In this document: piece after piece, positions 9,461 to 20,363 of the stretch | Layout: each line of letters starts with the position of its first letter | Position numbering within the stretch: position 1 is the first letter of the stretch | Assembly: GCF_041199985.1 (NCBI RefSeq) | Contig: NZ_CP165647.1 | Location: 606,864 to 670,863 of the forward strand | Length of the DNA stretch: 64,000 nt | Origin: Leptotrichia alba | Lineage (GTDB): Bacteria > Fusobacteriota > Fusobacteriia > Fusobacteriales > Leptotrichiaceae | Direction: 5' to 3' | Notes under the pieces: generated by a model | Told to the model about the DNA's origin: nothing | Database searches by the model: none | What the model saw: the letters and a program-made list of their open reading frames with translations, nothing else | Translations under genes and position numbers: made by a program

Positions 9461-10882
9461 TTAAAATACTCCAAATCCATTAATTTCAATAAATCTAAAC
9501 AATAAATCGTTCATCAATTTTTCATTTTTATGATCATCATATGGCAAAGTAAATTCGCCATCCCGATTTGTCCACAGCCTGTCATAATAGTCTAAAATAT
9601 CCTTAGAAATTTTTTGATCATATGACGATATAATCTTTAATTCATTTTCAAGGTTAAAATTTCTCATATTTCTTCTTGTAAAATTTGTCGAACCGCCGTA
9701 AGTTATCAAATAATCATTTTTCAAGATGGAAAGCATTTTTACGTGGTACATTTCTTCGCCTTTGTTGTAAAATTTGACATTTATGTCGTAATTGTGTTTT
9801 CTTGCGTATTTCATAAGCTCTCCAGCAGCGGCTTTGTTGGGAAGTCCTGCAGTTGAATTATTTAGGATTATTTCAAATTTTACTCCGCGTCTTGCAGCTT
9901 TTCTGATATCGTTGATTATTCCTCTGTCGGATAGAAAAAATTGGGCAATGATAACCTTTTCTCCAAATTGTGCGTTTTTTAATTCTTCGGAAATATCTTT
10001 AGCGGTGGCTCCATTTGTAAAATATTGTAATTTTAATTTATCATTTTCTGAAAATGGAATTTTGCTAAAGTCCTTTTCAGGCAATTTTCTTTTTAAGCTT
10101 CCATCTTTTTTTGTAATTTTAGCGACAGGCTTCTCCTGTTCGTAAATTTCTTTTATTACTGGAGATGAAAACTTGAATGCCACATTTGAATGCTTTGAAC
10201 CTTCTGCGTGTGGATTTGCTGATGTCAGCATTGCGGTATTTTCATTCATAATTAGCTTTCTATGATTGGCTTTTGCATTTAATGCCCTTAAAAGGCTACG
10301 GATTGTAATTTTGTCAGTCCCTTCGTAAAATGGGTTTTTAGTTTTTCCACGATTTTTTGGGTTTCCGAAAGGCTGGATAAACAAACGCCACGGAACTGAA
10401 TAAACTAGTGCCGGATCTCTTAACTTTGTCAAATCCACATATCCAATCTTGACGCCAGCTTTCTCGAGCTTCTTATGAGTCTTATTGTCAAATGCCCCAT
10501 AAAATGTATTGCTTTCATCAAGTATCAAATAAATTTCCACATTCGGATCCTTCTCCCTCTTTTCCAATATTTTCTGTGCAAATTCTTCTGCAATCGGCAA
10601 CGGCTCTAACTTTTCCTTAACACCTTTTCCAACAAAATCGTTAAACACAAAAATGTCCATCAGGAAAAAATCCTGAGCTTTATCTAAAATATCATAAGCC
10701 TGTTCCCATATCTGTCTTTCATAATGTGTTTCTCCATTTTTTTTATATGTTAAATCATAATAAAAGTCAACATTATCTGCATTATAAATTTCACTTTTTG
10801 ATGAAAGCCCTTTTGAAAGTGAAGTACATGAAAAAGTTCCTAATAATAAAAATGCAAATGAAAAAATAATTTTTTTATTCAT
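9461..10882 (-). CDS. phospholipase D-family (HKD) lipoprotein, 473 aa
   Basis: Signal peptide with lipobox (FSC). Two HKD-like motifs (HRKLIMNE...TSAN and HVKMLSIL...GGSTN). Confidence 0.5.
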   Translation of the reverse strand: MNKKIIFSFAFLLLGTFSCTSLSKGLSSKSEIYNADNVDFYYDLTYKKNGETHYERQIWEQAYDILDKAQDFFLMDIFVFNDFVGKGVKEKLEPLPIAEEFAQKILEKREKDPNVEIYLILDESNTFYGAFDNKTHKKLEKAGVKIGYVDLTKLRDPALVYSVPWRLFIQPFGNPKNRGKTKNPFYEGTDKITIRSLLRALNAKANHRKLIMNENTAMLTSANPHAEGSKHSNVAFKFSSPVIKEIYEQEKPVAKITKKDGSLKRKLPEKDFSKIPFSENDKLKLQYFTNGATAKDISEELKNAQFGEKVIIAQFFLSDRGIINDIRKAARRGVKFEIILNNSTAGLPNKAAAGELMKYARKHNYDINVKFYNKGEEMYHVKMLSILKNDYLITYGGSTNFTRRNMRNFNLENELKIISSYDQKISKDILDYYDRLWTNRDGEFTLPYDDHKNEKLMNDLLFRFIEINGFGVF

Positions 10883-11147
10883 GCCAAATACTCCTTTATT
10901 TTTTATTCCATTAAATTATAACAATTTTTTCCAAATTTTTCCATTTGAATTTTTGAAAAGAAAAAACTTTTTATAAAACGTTTATATAAAAAGAAAGACT
11001 GCCATTCCTGACAGCCTTCCCTTCTTAAGCTATTTCTTAATACGTTATAGAATTTCTTCATTGCATTGTTAGCTGTTTCTACACCTTTTAGAAAATGCAG
11101 ATTTCTTGCTATCTTTTGTTAAAATTAATCACTTTAAGCTAGTTTTA

Positions 11148-14100
11148 TTAGAATAACGCTCTTAATCCTAAACCTGCCTTGAAGTTATGTCCTTTTGTAT
11201 CAAATCCTGTATTTACAGTAAATCCTAATCTTCCGTTGTCTAATCCTAACTTAAGATCTGACTTGAAGTTTCCTTTTCTGTTTTCCTTGTCACCTTTGAT
11301 TGTATAGTAATCTGTCCAAGCTCCTTTAATCTTAGCTTCATTTTCTACACCAGACAATTTTCCTAATTCAGTTTCATAACTTAATCCTATACTAGCTACG
11401 AAGTTTGATTTTTTGAATACTGGCTGTGTATATTTGAAGTCTACTCCAGCATTTGGCTTAACAGAATAGTAGTCATTGCTCTTAACTTTTAATGCCATGT
11501 CTCCTTCTTCATTTAAAGTAGAGAATCTTCCGTATTGAAAGTCTAATCCTACGTTAGGAACGATGCTGAATCCTGCTGTAATTGGGAATTCTTTTTCAAG
11601 ACGGGCATTAATGTCTGCACCATAAGTGTAGTAGTCAGATTTAGCTCTGAACTCCTTGTCAATTACAAAGAATCTACGTTTATTGTTAGTTTTACCAAGG
11701 AATGCATCTCCACCGATTGTGAATGTGAATGTTCCATTTTCATCTAATGGTGTTTGTTTGAATAATCCAGCTTTCAACATAGCTTGATTTTCATATGATC
11801 TAGCTAAATCTCTGAAAGTGAAGTAGTTATTTACAGCACCAGCATACCATCCAGAACGATCACCAAGTTTAACAGTTTCATCTTCATGAAGATATACAAA
11901 TCCTCCTGCATTACTATGCCAGTCAGGGATTCCTGCTGTGTCAGTCTTGTATTCTTCTCTTCTTCCAAATGCTTTAATCTTGTTAGAATCTTTAGAAGCA
12001 TTACCTTCATTTCTTAATTGAGCTAATTCATCTGTAAGGATATTAGATGTAACATTTATTCTTTGTTGGATTCCACCGTGAATGTGTCCTCTCATTTGAT
12101 CAAATGCCTGAGCTAATATATGTCCTTCTCCATTTCCTAAGCTATTAAGTTTATTAAAGATCATTTTTTCTGAACTTCCTGGTCTTGCGATTTCATACAA
12201 GTTATCCAAGTTATTAGTGAAGTTTACAAGAGATTTATCATTATCAAATGCAAATGAGTGATAAGGCACTTTACTTAAGTATATTTCTGTTAACTGGTTA
12301 TTTGCATCAGGTTTAGCTTTTACTTGCCAAGTCAAACTTGCAGACAATGGATTAACAATTGCTCCACCTGCTAGATTAGATAATGCATCGTTGAATGGTT
12401 TCAATATATTACTCTTAATAACATTTCCCTTGTCGTCAACTTTATCTCCTATTCTAATTGCTTTAGAATTTGTATACAACGTTGCTTCTGTTCCAAAATA
12501 CAAATTTACTTCCGACAACTTAGACAATTTTTCAAGTCCATTAATTGGGTTAGTGTATCTAACTCCTGAAGTATCTACATACATTCCAACACTTGTAACT
12601 TCTGAAAGTTGTGGTCTGTTGTGATGAGGCCAAGCTGGATTACCCCATTCATCCTTCGTGTTAAGATCAATTATTCTTGTTCCACCAGTTTGAATGCTAC
12701 TATTTACTGTTATATTTTTAGCCCAATCTCCTGAAGCTGCTGCGTCACTTTCAACATCAAATATAGGAGTGTCAATACCATCTACAGTAACCTTAGCTAA
12801 TGGCACAGTATCAGGTATTTTTATTGTTGTTCCTACACCTGTTGTTTTTTCATCACCTGCAGAAACATATTTAATTGCCTCTGCTTTTCCTTCTTCTGTT
12901 CCTCCATTATATTTGCTAGGATCTTCATTATCAGTTTTAACATTAATATTATCTGTGATAATTCCTACTGAACTTGCACCTGTAACTTTAATTGTTCCAT
13001 AGTTCTTAATGTATCCGTTATTAATTGCAACTACACCTTTAATACCTTCTGCATCTCCTGTGATTGTACCATAGTTTTCTCCTTGTGCACCTTGATCTAA
13101 GTACATTCCTATTGATTTTTTACCTTGAAGATCAATAGTTCCGTAGTTTACAGCTTTAGATCTTGTACCAGTTGCAAACATTCCGATACCTTCATCTTGT
13201 GATACTGTTATTGTACCTCTATTTACAACATACCCTTCATCTTCAAATCTTACAAATTTTCCTTCATCATTGTAAACGTTACGTCCTGCCGCCATACCTG
13301 CTGAATATTTTTGATTTGCAGTGTCTGACATTGATGTAATAATTGTTCCATAGTTTGTTGATGCAACATTAGGATTTGTTGAAACAATACCTACGTTTCC
13401 GTATCCTAAATTAGCACTTGAACTTCCGTTTACAGTCAATAAGTTATTTTGAGATCTCAAGTCGATTGTTCCAAAGTTGTCAACGCTTCCTGCTGTGTAG
13501 TAAGCAGTGTTATAGTCACCATTCATTGTCACGTTTGCAAATGAAGTGGCTTTAGAGTTTTTATCAGCTGAATAGTAATATACAGCATTTCCTTGTTCAT
13601 CAACTTCTTCAGGTACTTTAGGAGTACTTGGCGCTGTTGAAATAACAAGTCCACCTGCATTTTTATTAGCTGCCAATACAATTGTTGGAGCGTTAGTTGG
13701 TGTTAAACTTGAAACTTTTCCACTTGCATCAAGAGTATAGTTTCCATCTCCAATTTTAACAGTTGTTCCATTAGTTCCACCTGCCTCAGCATTTGTGTTT
13801 TTAGCTAATACAATTCCGTATGAGTATCTGTCAATATCCATATCAGCACTTACTTCTACATTTCTGCTTCCACCGCTTAACAATGAGTTATCTCCAATAT
13901 AAACCCCATAAGCTGCATCTGTTGTTCTTCCCGGAAGTAATTCTGAAGCTTGTGAATAAGTAGATTGTCTATTAATTGGATATTTTGATGGATTTGTTGT
14001 GATAGCCTTTCCTGTTGTAGTTTGAACATGTCCTAAAACAGTATCGTTACCTACTAGCAGTTTAGTTCCTTTCTGAACTTTAACTGTTCCATCTCCTGAA

Positions 14101-17100
14101 TAAATACCATAGCTGTTACTGTTTACAGTTATTGTACTTGTAGTATGATCAGCTTTTTCACCAGTTATGATGTTATATCCGTAAATTCCGAAACCACCAA
14201 TATTTTTTCTTGAAGTAGTTCCTACTTTAATATCTCCATAGTTTTCAATCCAAGTATTTGAAGCTGTATCATGATCATTTGCCAAGATACCTGCATTTAC
14301 TTTCTTAAGATCAGCTTTTTCAACACTTGAAGCATCTACATTTAATGAATCATTTAATTCAATATTTCCGTAGTTTACAAGTCTTCCTTTATTAACTACC
14401 GCACCATAAGCTCTTACGTTAGTCTTGGAAGTATCTTCCTTAATATCTCCATAGTTATATACGCTATCATTAGCATCAGTATTTACCAGCATTCCAGCAA
14501 TACCTCTTGTAGTACCTTTACCTGCTGTAATTGTTCCTGGCGATGTTTGAGTTTTTTCTGTAGTCAATGTCAAGCTTGTATCGTTATTGTTGTTAAATTT
14601 AATATCCAAGTAGTTTTTAGCATCTGTAGATACACCTGACATAGTAGAACCGAAAATCATTCCAAATCCTTTTTTATCATTATAACCTTTATAGTTATAA
14701 TTCAATGTTTTTGGAGTAGCTAAACGATCGCTTTCTGATGAAATATTTGAATCATCAGTTACCCAGATTCCTGCTCCCTCGCTTCCTGTGTCAACTGTAA
14801 GCCCTGTAGAGTCAGTTTTAAACTTAATGTCTGAACTTTCACCATAAATACCTATACCATTTTGATAAGTTAAAATGTCAGCAGTAGCACCAATTCCATT
14901 GTTCTTAGTGTTCAATGTAATGATTCCACCTCTATTGGCAGCAATTGTATCTTTATTTTTTTCAACTAATGCAATACCTACACCATGTAAATTTTTATTT
15001 TCTTTTGTAGTTGTAGTTCCACCTGCAACACCTGCTCCGTAATTTACTTTAATTGCATCCGCTGAAGCTGCATTTTGGTTATCATAAGAAATTGTTACGT
15101 TTGATTTTTGTGCATGTTCGTCATTTTTTGCAACAGCTCCACTTTGGTTAACATTTTCTGCATAAATACCAACTGCCAATTCTCCATCTACTTCAACTAT
15201 ACCATCTTTATTTTCGATAGTTACTTTATTGTTTCCGTATCTCTTTCCGCCATAAGTTGAATGTTCTGTAACATTATTAGTAGAAATTCCTACAATACCG
15301 TAGTTTTTGCCTGTTGGTGCAGTTTCTGCTCCAGTAGTTCTTACTACTAAACTTTTAGTAGAAGTTAGACTTGTATTTGCAATTGTATTTTGTCCAGATG
15401 GATCATATTTACCAGTTACAAAAATCTTACCTTCGTTATTTTTCAAGATACTGTCATCAGTTCCTGCGATACCAAATCCGTGATCTACAACAACTTTGGC
15501 AGTAGAACCTTTATTTTCAATTGTTCCGTATGCCACGTTGATACCTGTAATAGGATTAACAGAAGTTCCTCCCCAAACACTTACGATACCTTCATTAGTA
15601 TATCCTGATTGTGTGTTATCAGTTTTTACCCAAGCTGAATTATCATCATTTAGTTTATCCCAACGATACAATGAGTTAGCCATATTTAGACCTTGTCCAG
15701 CTAATAAAGATTTTCCATTTAATGTTCCTATATCCCCATAAATTTTAGCGGCACTTGTAATGTTTACTTTTGTACTTTCCATTTTGATATTATTAAATGG
15801 ATCTACAGCTGTATCATTCATAGTTGTTGCATTCTTTTCAGATTTTACACCACTTACAGGATTTGAAATTGCATAGTTTTCCAATTCTATATTAGCATCT
15901 GATACTTCCAATGTACTGTTAATTATAGAGCTGCTAAATTTAGTTACTGTTGATGTACTTTCTTTATTTGAAGTACCACCATTATTTATTGCCGCCATTC
16001 CAGCATATGTAGCAATGCTAGGTAAATAAGTCCCTGCTGTCTTATCTTTATCACTATTCCATTTAAGCGTATTTTCAGCCTGATTGATTAATCCTAAGTC
16101 AATATCTCCACCTTTAACAAGATTTAAAGTAACATTTGACATACCTCTGTATCTTGCTCTATCCCAAGCTGTACCATTTGCTGCCGTACGTTGTTTCTCT
16201 TTGTAGTAATCAGAATATGAATTATTCCAATAATCGTTTATTGAATCTGGTCTATGCTGATATTCATTACCAGTCAAGAAATATCCATCATACATATCTA
16301 TTTTAGTAGCATTGTTAAATGTAATTCCTGCATCATCTGTTCCAGAAGTACGTTTTACATAGAATACTTGGACATTAGTATGGTCATTAGAAATAGAAGA
16401 TGATATATTTCTACCTCCTCTTGATTCAGCAGTTGATGTAATTCCTGCACCATCTCCTGATGCTCCTGTCGAAACACTGGCTGGTGCATTATTTTGATGA
16501 ATAATTTCTCCAGCAAATTCAACATATCCACCATTTTCTGCATAAAGTGCTCCATTTGTACCTGTAACTACTGTAGCTGCTGCACCAGAGCCTGATGAAT
16601 CAAATATAACATTTGAACCTTTTCCAGAAGCATAAGCGCCTAATCCATAAATTAGAGACTTTGCAGTATCAGCCGCTGCGGTATCTGATCCTTCTTTAGT
16701 ACTACCATTAGCTGTTGTGCCCTTTATAATTACATTTCCATTATTTAGAGCATAACCACCGATATTGCTGTAAGCATGACTTTCATCGCCTAAAATTCTT
16801 CCAGTAGCTGTATTTGCACTGAATAACATATTATCAGCAGCTGTTATCCCTTTTTTGATTTCAACTATAGAACCATAATTAGTTGTTTGTCCTGTAGTAC
16901 CTTTCATTGTAGTATAAGTTCCACTATTTGAAATTGCGGATCCGTTAGCTGCTGTATTTTGTCCAGAAGCATAGGCGATTATAGAATTATATCCACCTGC
17001 CCTAGTAGTTTCTTCTACGGTTACTTTACCACCATCATTTGCATAATAGGCTGTTCCTGTTTTTGAAACCATGTCGACAGGATTTTTAACTATAATTTCT

Positions 17101-20100
17101 GTAGGTGAAGTATTTGTTCCTGCAGGGAAGTTAAGTCCAAATTTATGTGTACTGTTATCCCATACTCCTTTTGAATAAAACATTGTTGTATTATTAGAAA
17201 TAGCATGATAAGGAACTGCATATCCCCATACATTCTTAGAATTTACAGTATCATAGTATCCACCATCAGAAATAGTATTCGTAATCAATGCTCCGTTTGC
17301 AGTTGTATTAGTATTTGCAACTGTCATTTTAGTTCCATTTGTGGCATAAGCAAGCACTGTATTAGTTGCCTTAGGTCCAGCTGCTATATTAAGATTTGTA
17401 ATTCTTAAATCTTCAAGAACCGTATTACGAGCAGCAACACTGTTATCACCTATAATTCCCCATGTATTAAGCCCTTTTCTTTGTCCTGAAGCAGCGTAAA
17501 TCCCTACGTTTCCATCAGAAGCATAATTATTACCAATAATTCCTTGAAACTCTAATTCGTCAGAAGAGGAAGTTCCAAAAAAACCAACAACTCCATTACC
17601 AGTAGAATTTTTATCACTGTCAAAATAACCGCCAGTTCCTTGTTTAAAGAATGCAACTGTGTTGTTATTACCATCTACTTCAATATGTTTTAAATTAACT
17701 TTTCCTGTTTTTACATATCCTTGATTGGCAAATATTACATTATTGTTATAACCTTGAGTTGTATCCCCAATTATTATACGTCCAAATCCAGAAGCACTAT
17801 TTATATTTATGGGATTGTTAGCACTGTCAATAATAAGTTCATTAGCATAATTTCGGTTATTATATCCAACATTATGATTTCCTTTTATTGTCATATCTAA
17901 TCCGGCTTTGCTATCTTTAGTTAATTTTACTTTTTTATTAGCATCTGTTCCACCATTCATATATCCGCCACTTATATTTACTCCTGTATTGCTATCACCT
18001 GTTAACGTCATATGTACTGGAGCTAAGGAAGTACTATCTCCTAAAAATTGAATTTCTTTAGCTTGTAATCCATTGTTATCAACATCTATTCCTATACTTG
18101 CATTAGATACATTGAAATAAGAAGATGGACTTATTTTTATTTGAGTTGCATCTGACATAAGAATACCAGCCGAAGAACTTCCTCCACTTACAGTAAATCT
18201 TGAACCTGATATAGTTTCAGCAGCTGAGCCACCATCGTATGTAATACCTGTAGAACCTGCTCCGCTTACAGTAAATGTTGAACCTGACACAGCTGTATCC
18301 TTACTTGTATCTTTATATACACCATTACTATTAGTTCCTGATACATTAAAGGTACTATTTGTAACTTTTTGTAAATCTCCATGACCTCCTTTAACATAAA
18401 TACCATTATTGCTACTTCCTGCGACATTAAACGTAGTACCGTTAACATCTGTTACTGTTGAACCACTTGTTGCTGTTGAACCACTATCGATATAGATACC
18501 TTGCCCTCCATTAACATTAAATGTTCCACCTGTAGTAGATCCTGTAGCTTTATTACTTAATAAAAGTCCATTCCCTTCATTATTTACATTAAAAGTTGCA
18601 TATCTAACATCTGCATCTCCACCATTCATAAAAATACCATTGTTATTTTGACTGCTAGAATCATAATAATATGCATTGTTATTGTTATTTGTACTTAAAT
18701 TAAAAGTAACTCCTCCCTCAGTCGCTCCATTAGGATTTACTTTTACAGTACCACCATTCGAATAGATACCATTATTATTTTTACCATTTACGTAAAAATA
18801 AGTTCCAGTTTTACGAGTTGTAGCTCCCATTTGAATTCCTTCATCAGTTATGTATCCATGTTCAGCATATCCTTTAATAGTTTTTAATAATGTTCCATCG
18901 GGAGCATAAATTTTGTTTCCCATATTATCTAAACCTTTACCATTATCCCAAGTTCCATCTGTAAATACCGTTCTAATGTTTTTATAATCTCTAGCCCCAC
19001 CTTCAACTACAACTTGTTTATTAGTTTCCACATAAATTCCAGATGATTTAGTCGCACCATAATTACTTGTATCAGAAGAGGTACTTCCTACTCCAAAAGT
19101 ACTTCTCCATATTTTGGCAGCATTTGTGGTATTAACTAATACAGAAGATTGGCTTCCTGAAGATGTTACAGTTATATCACCTTTCTTTCCATAAGTCCCA
19201 CCTTCAAAAGTAAGGTCATTTCCTCCCCATCCTGTGTCATGATTTCCACCTGAAATAATTGGAAGTTCTTGACCATTTACTCTAGCATGATTGTATCCTG
19301 CCAAATTGTCATACCAGTTACCATTTTTTCCATTACCATCAGTATGCCATTGATACCAATAAGGTCTAACTATATTCTCTGAATGTTTTACTCCATCAGT
19401 GTCAGCATATGTATGAGAAATATAACCCATAGAACGCATATAAAAGTCACCACTTAAATCAACGATAGGCCCTCCAACATATTGTGAGGATCCAGTAGTA
19501 ACTGTACCCATTCCTGTATTCCAAGTTTGTGAATTATATTGAGTTGGAGAATTATCTAGATTATTAGTATTTTTCCATGATCCTGCATTCAAATTAAAAG
19601 TACTTGCTGAATTTGATACCGTATTTCCTGTGTTTCCATAAGCATTTGCATTATTAGCTGCATCATAGTTTAAATTAGTCGCAGTAGGAGTTGCTATACT
19701 TCTAGTATTGACTGCTACATTTATATTTTTACCATACTGCCTAGCTGCCGGTGACACAACACTCGGATCAAATGTCGGAGCATTCGGTAAAGTCATCGCA
19801 TTCATCTTAACCACTTCAGATGGCACATAAGCTTTATAAACATTAGCTGGATTAATAGTCAGCGCATCTGGCTCCTTGTTTCTTTTTATATGGAGATTAG
19901 TAGCTCCGTATTCATGTTTATTTGTATCAAATACATATTTAGTTAAGTCATTGGTTCTAGAATAATACTGTAAATTTTTACCGCCACGACCTTTGTAAGT
20001 TGTTAGCCAATCATTGTTTTGATAACCTGTTCCAAACTGGAATGAAGCCCATGGACTTTTTACAACTTGGTCACCCTGCTTTAGCAGTTGTGCTAATTCA

Positions 20101-20363
20101 GTATTTGCTCCTTTAAGGGATTTTTCATTTTCTTTTTTAGCACGCAAGAATGTCTGTCTGAGATCCGTTATAGCTTCATAAGTCTCTGCAGAAACTTCCT
20201 GTTGTTCTCCAGCCGCATCAGCATAGATAGATTTTGGTGCGAATGTTGTTAAAAGACCTGTTACAAGGAATGTAATCAATAGGCTATCAGAATAGTGCAC
20301 ATCTTTACATCTTTTTACAAACGATCTTAGGTCTTTAGCGATCTGTCGTAAATTATTACTCAT
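11148..20363 (-). CDS. giant type Va autotransporter (Fap2/RadD-like), 3071 aa. Fusobacterium-type N-terminal signal motif (MSNNLRQIAKDLRSFVKRCKDVHYSDSLLITFLV), a long passenger with tandem degenerate TFNV-type beta-helix repeats, and a C-terminal beta-barrel ending GLRALF
   Basis: Start reassigned to the ATG at 20363, which has a consensus RBS AAGGAGG 5 nt upstream. The ORF-track extension MWLFSNFKEED is the RBS read as codons. The C-terminal approximately 300 aa shows alternating beta-strand pattern and a terminal aromatic residue typical of autotransporter barrels. Confidence 0.9.
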   Translation of the reverse strand: MSNNLRQIAKDLRSFVKRCKDVHYSDSLLITFLVTGLLTTFAPKSIYADAAGEQQEVSAETYEAITDLRQTFLRAKKENEKSLKGANTELAQLLKQGDQVVKSPWASFQFGTGYQNNDWLTTYKGRGGKNLQYYSRTNDLTKYVFDTNKHEYGATNLHIKRNKEPDALTINPANVYKAYVPSEVVKMNAMTLPNAPTFDPSVVSPAARQYGKNINVAVNTRSIATPTATNLNYDAANNANAYGNTGNTVSNSASTFNLNAGSWKNTNNLDNSPTQYNSQTWNTGMGTVTTGSSQYVGGPIVDLSGDFYMRSMGYISHTYADTDGVKHSENIVRPYWYQWHTDGNGKNGNWYDNLAGYNHARVNGQELPIISGGNHDTGWGGNDLTFEGGTYGKKGDITVTSSGSQSSVLVNTTNAAKIWRSTFGVGSTSSDTSNYGATKSSGIYVETNKQVVVEGGARDYKNIRTVFTDGTWDNGKGLDNMGNKIYAPDGTLLKTIKGYAEHGYITDEGIQMGATTRKTGTYFYVNGKNNNGIYSNGGTVKVNPNGATEGGVTFNLSTNNNNNAYYYDSSSQNNNGIFMNGGDADVRYATFNVNNEGNGLLLSNKATGSTTGGTFNVNGGQGIYIDSGSTATSGSTVTDVNGTTFNVAGSSNNGIYVKGGHGDLQKVTNSTFNVSGTNSNGVYKDTSKDTAVSGSTFTVSGAGSTGITYDGGSAAETISGSRFTVSGGSSSAGILMSDATQIKISPSSYFNVSNASIGIDVDNNGLQAKEIQFLGDSTSLAPVHMTLTGDSNTGVNISGGYMNGGTDANKKVKLTKDSKAGLDMTIKGNHNVGYNNRNYANELIIDSANNPININSASGFGRIIIGDTTQGYNNNVIFANQGYVKTGKVNLKHIEVDGNNNTVAFFKQGTGGYFDSDKNSTGNGVVGFFGTSSSDELEFQGIIGNNYASDGNVGIYAASGQRKGLNTWGIIGDNSVAARNTVLEDLRITNLNIAAGPKATNTVLAYATNGTKMTVANTNTTANGALITNTISDGGYYDTVNSKNVWGYAVPYHAISNNTTMFYSKGVWDNSTHKFGLNFPAGTNTSPTEIIVKNPVDMVSKTGTAYYANDGGKVTVEETTRAGGYNSIIAYASGQNTAANGSAISNSGTYTTMKGTTGQTTNYGSIVEIKKGITAADNMLFSANTATGRILGDESHAYSNIGGYALNNGNVIIKGTTANGSTKEGSDTAAADTAKSLIYGLGAYASGKGSNVIFDSSGSGAAATVVTGTNGALYAENGGYVEFAGEIIHQNNAPASVSTGASGDGAGITSTAESRGGRNISSSISNDHTNVQVFYVKRTSGTDDAGITFNNATKIDMYDGYFLTGNEYQHRPDSINDYWNNSYSDYYKEKQRTAANGTAWDRARYRGMSNVTLNLVKGGDIDLGLINQAENTLKWNSDKDKTAGTYLPSIATYAGMAAINNGGTSNKESTSTVTKFSSSIINSTLEVSDANIELENYAISNPVSGVKSEKNATTMNDTAVDPFNNIKMESTKVNITSAAKIYGDIGTLNGKSLLAGQGLNMANSLYRWDKLNDDNSAWVKTDNTQSGYTNEGIVSVWGGTSVNPITGINVAYGTIENKGSTAKVVVDHGFGIAGTDDSILKNNEGKIFVTGKYDPSGQNTIANTSLTSTKSLVVRTTGAETAPTGKNYGIVGISTNNVTEHSTYGGKRYGNNKVTIENKDGIVEVDGELAVGIYAENVNQSGAVAKNDEHAQKSNVTISYDNQNAASADAIKVNYGAGVAGGTTTTKENKNLHGVGIALVEKNKDTIAANRGGIITLNTKNNGIGATADILTYQNGIGIYGESSDIKFKTDSTGLTVDTGSEGAGIWVTDDSNISSESDRLATPKTLNYNYKGYNDKKGFGMIFGSTMSGVSTDAKNYLDIKFNNNNDTSLTLTTEKTQTSPGTITAGKGTTRGIAGMLVNTDANDSVYNYGDIKEDTSKTNVRAYGAVVNKGRLVNYGNIELNDSLNVDASSVEKADLKKVNAGILANDHDTASNTWIENYGDIKVGTTSRKNIGGFGIYGYNIITGEKADHTTSTITVNSNSYGIYSGDGTVKVQKGTKLLVGNDTVLGHVQTTTGKAITTNPSKYPINRQSTYSQASELLPGRTTDAAYGVYIGDNSLLSGGSRNVEVSADMDIDRYSYGIVLAKNTNAEAGGTNGTTVKIGDGNYTLDASGKVSSLTPTNAPTIVLAANKNAGGLVISTAPSTPKVPEEVDEQGNAVYYYSADKNSKATSFANVTMNGDYNTAYYTAGSVDNFGTIDLRSQNNLLTVNGSSSANLGYGNVGIVSTNPNVASTNYGTIITSMSDTANQKYSAGMAAGRNVYNDEGKFVRFEDEGYVVNRGTITVSQDEGIGMFATGTRSKAVNYGTIDLQGKKSIGMYLDQGAQGENYGTITGDAEGIKGVVAINNGYIKNYGTIKVTGASSVGIITDNINVKTDNEDPSKYNGGTEEGKAEAIKYVSAGDEKTTGVGTTIKIPDTVPLAKVTVDGIDTPIFDVESDAAASGDWAKNITVNSSIQTGGTRIIDLNTKDEWGNPAWPHHNRPQLSEVTSVGMYVDTSGVRYTNPINGLEKLSKLSEVNLYFGTEATLYTNSKAIRIGDKVDDKGNVIKSNILKPFNDALSNLAGGAIVNPLSASLTWQVKAKPDANNQLTEIYLSKVPYHSFAFDNDKSLVNFTNNLDNLYEIARPGSSEKMIFNKLNSLGNGEGHILAQAFDQMRGHIHGGIQQRINVTSNILTDELAQLRNEGNASKDSNKIKAFGRREEYKTDTAGIPDWHSNAGGFVYLHEDETVKLGDRSGWYAGAVNNYFTFRDLARSYENQAMLKAGLFKQTPLDENGTFTFTIGGDAFLGKTNNKRRFFVIDKEFRAKSDYYTYGADINARLEKEFPITAGFSIVPNVGLDFQYGRFSTLNEEGDMALKVKSNDYYSVKPNAGVDFKYTQPVFKKSNFVASIGLSYETELGKLSGVENEAKIKGAWTDYYTIKGDKENRKGNFKSDLKLGLDNGRLGFTVNTGFDTKGHNFKAGLGLRALF

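Noticed and set aside
12391-18448. Several 60 to 102-aa ORFs on both strands within the autotransporter gene
   Set aside because: Fully embedded in a 9.2-kb coding region with strong homology support. Alternative-frame artefacts.
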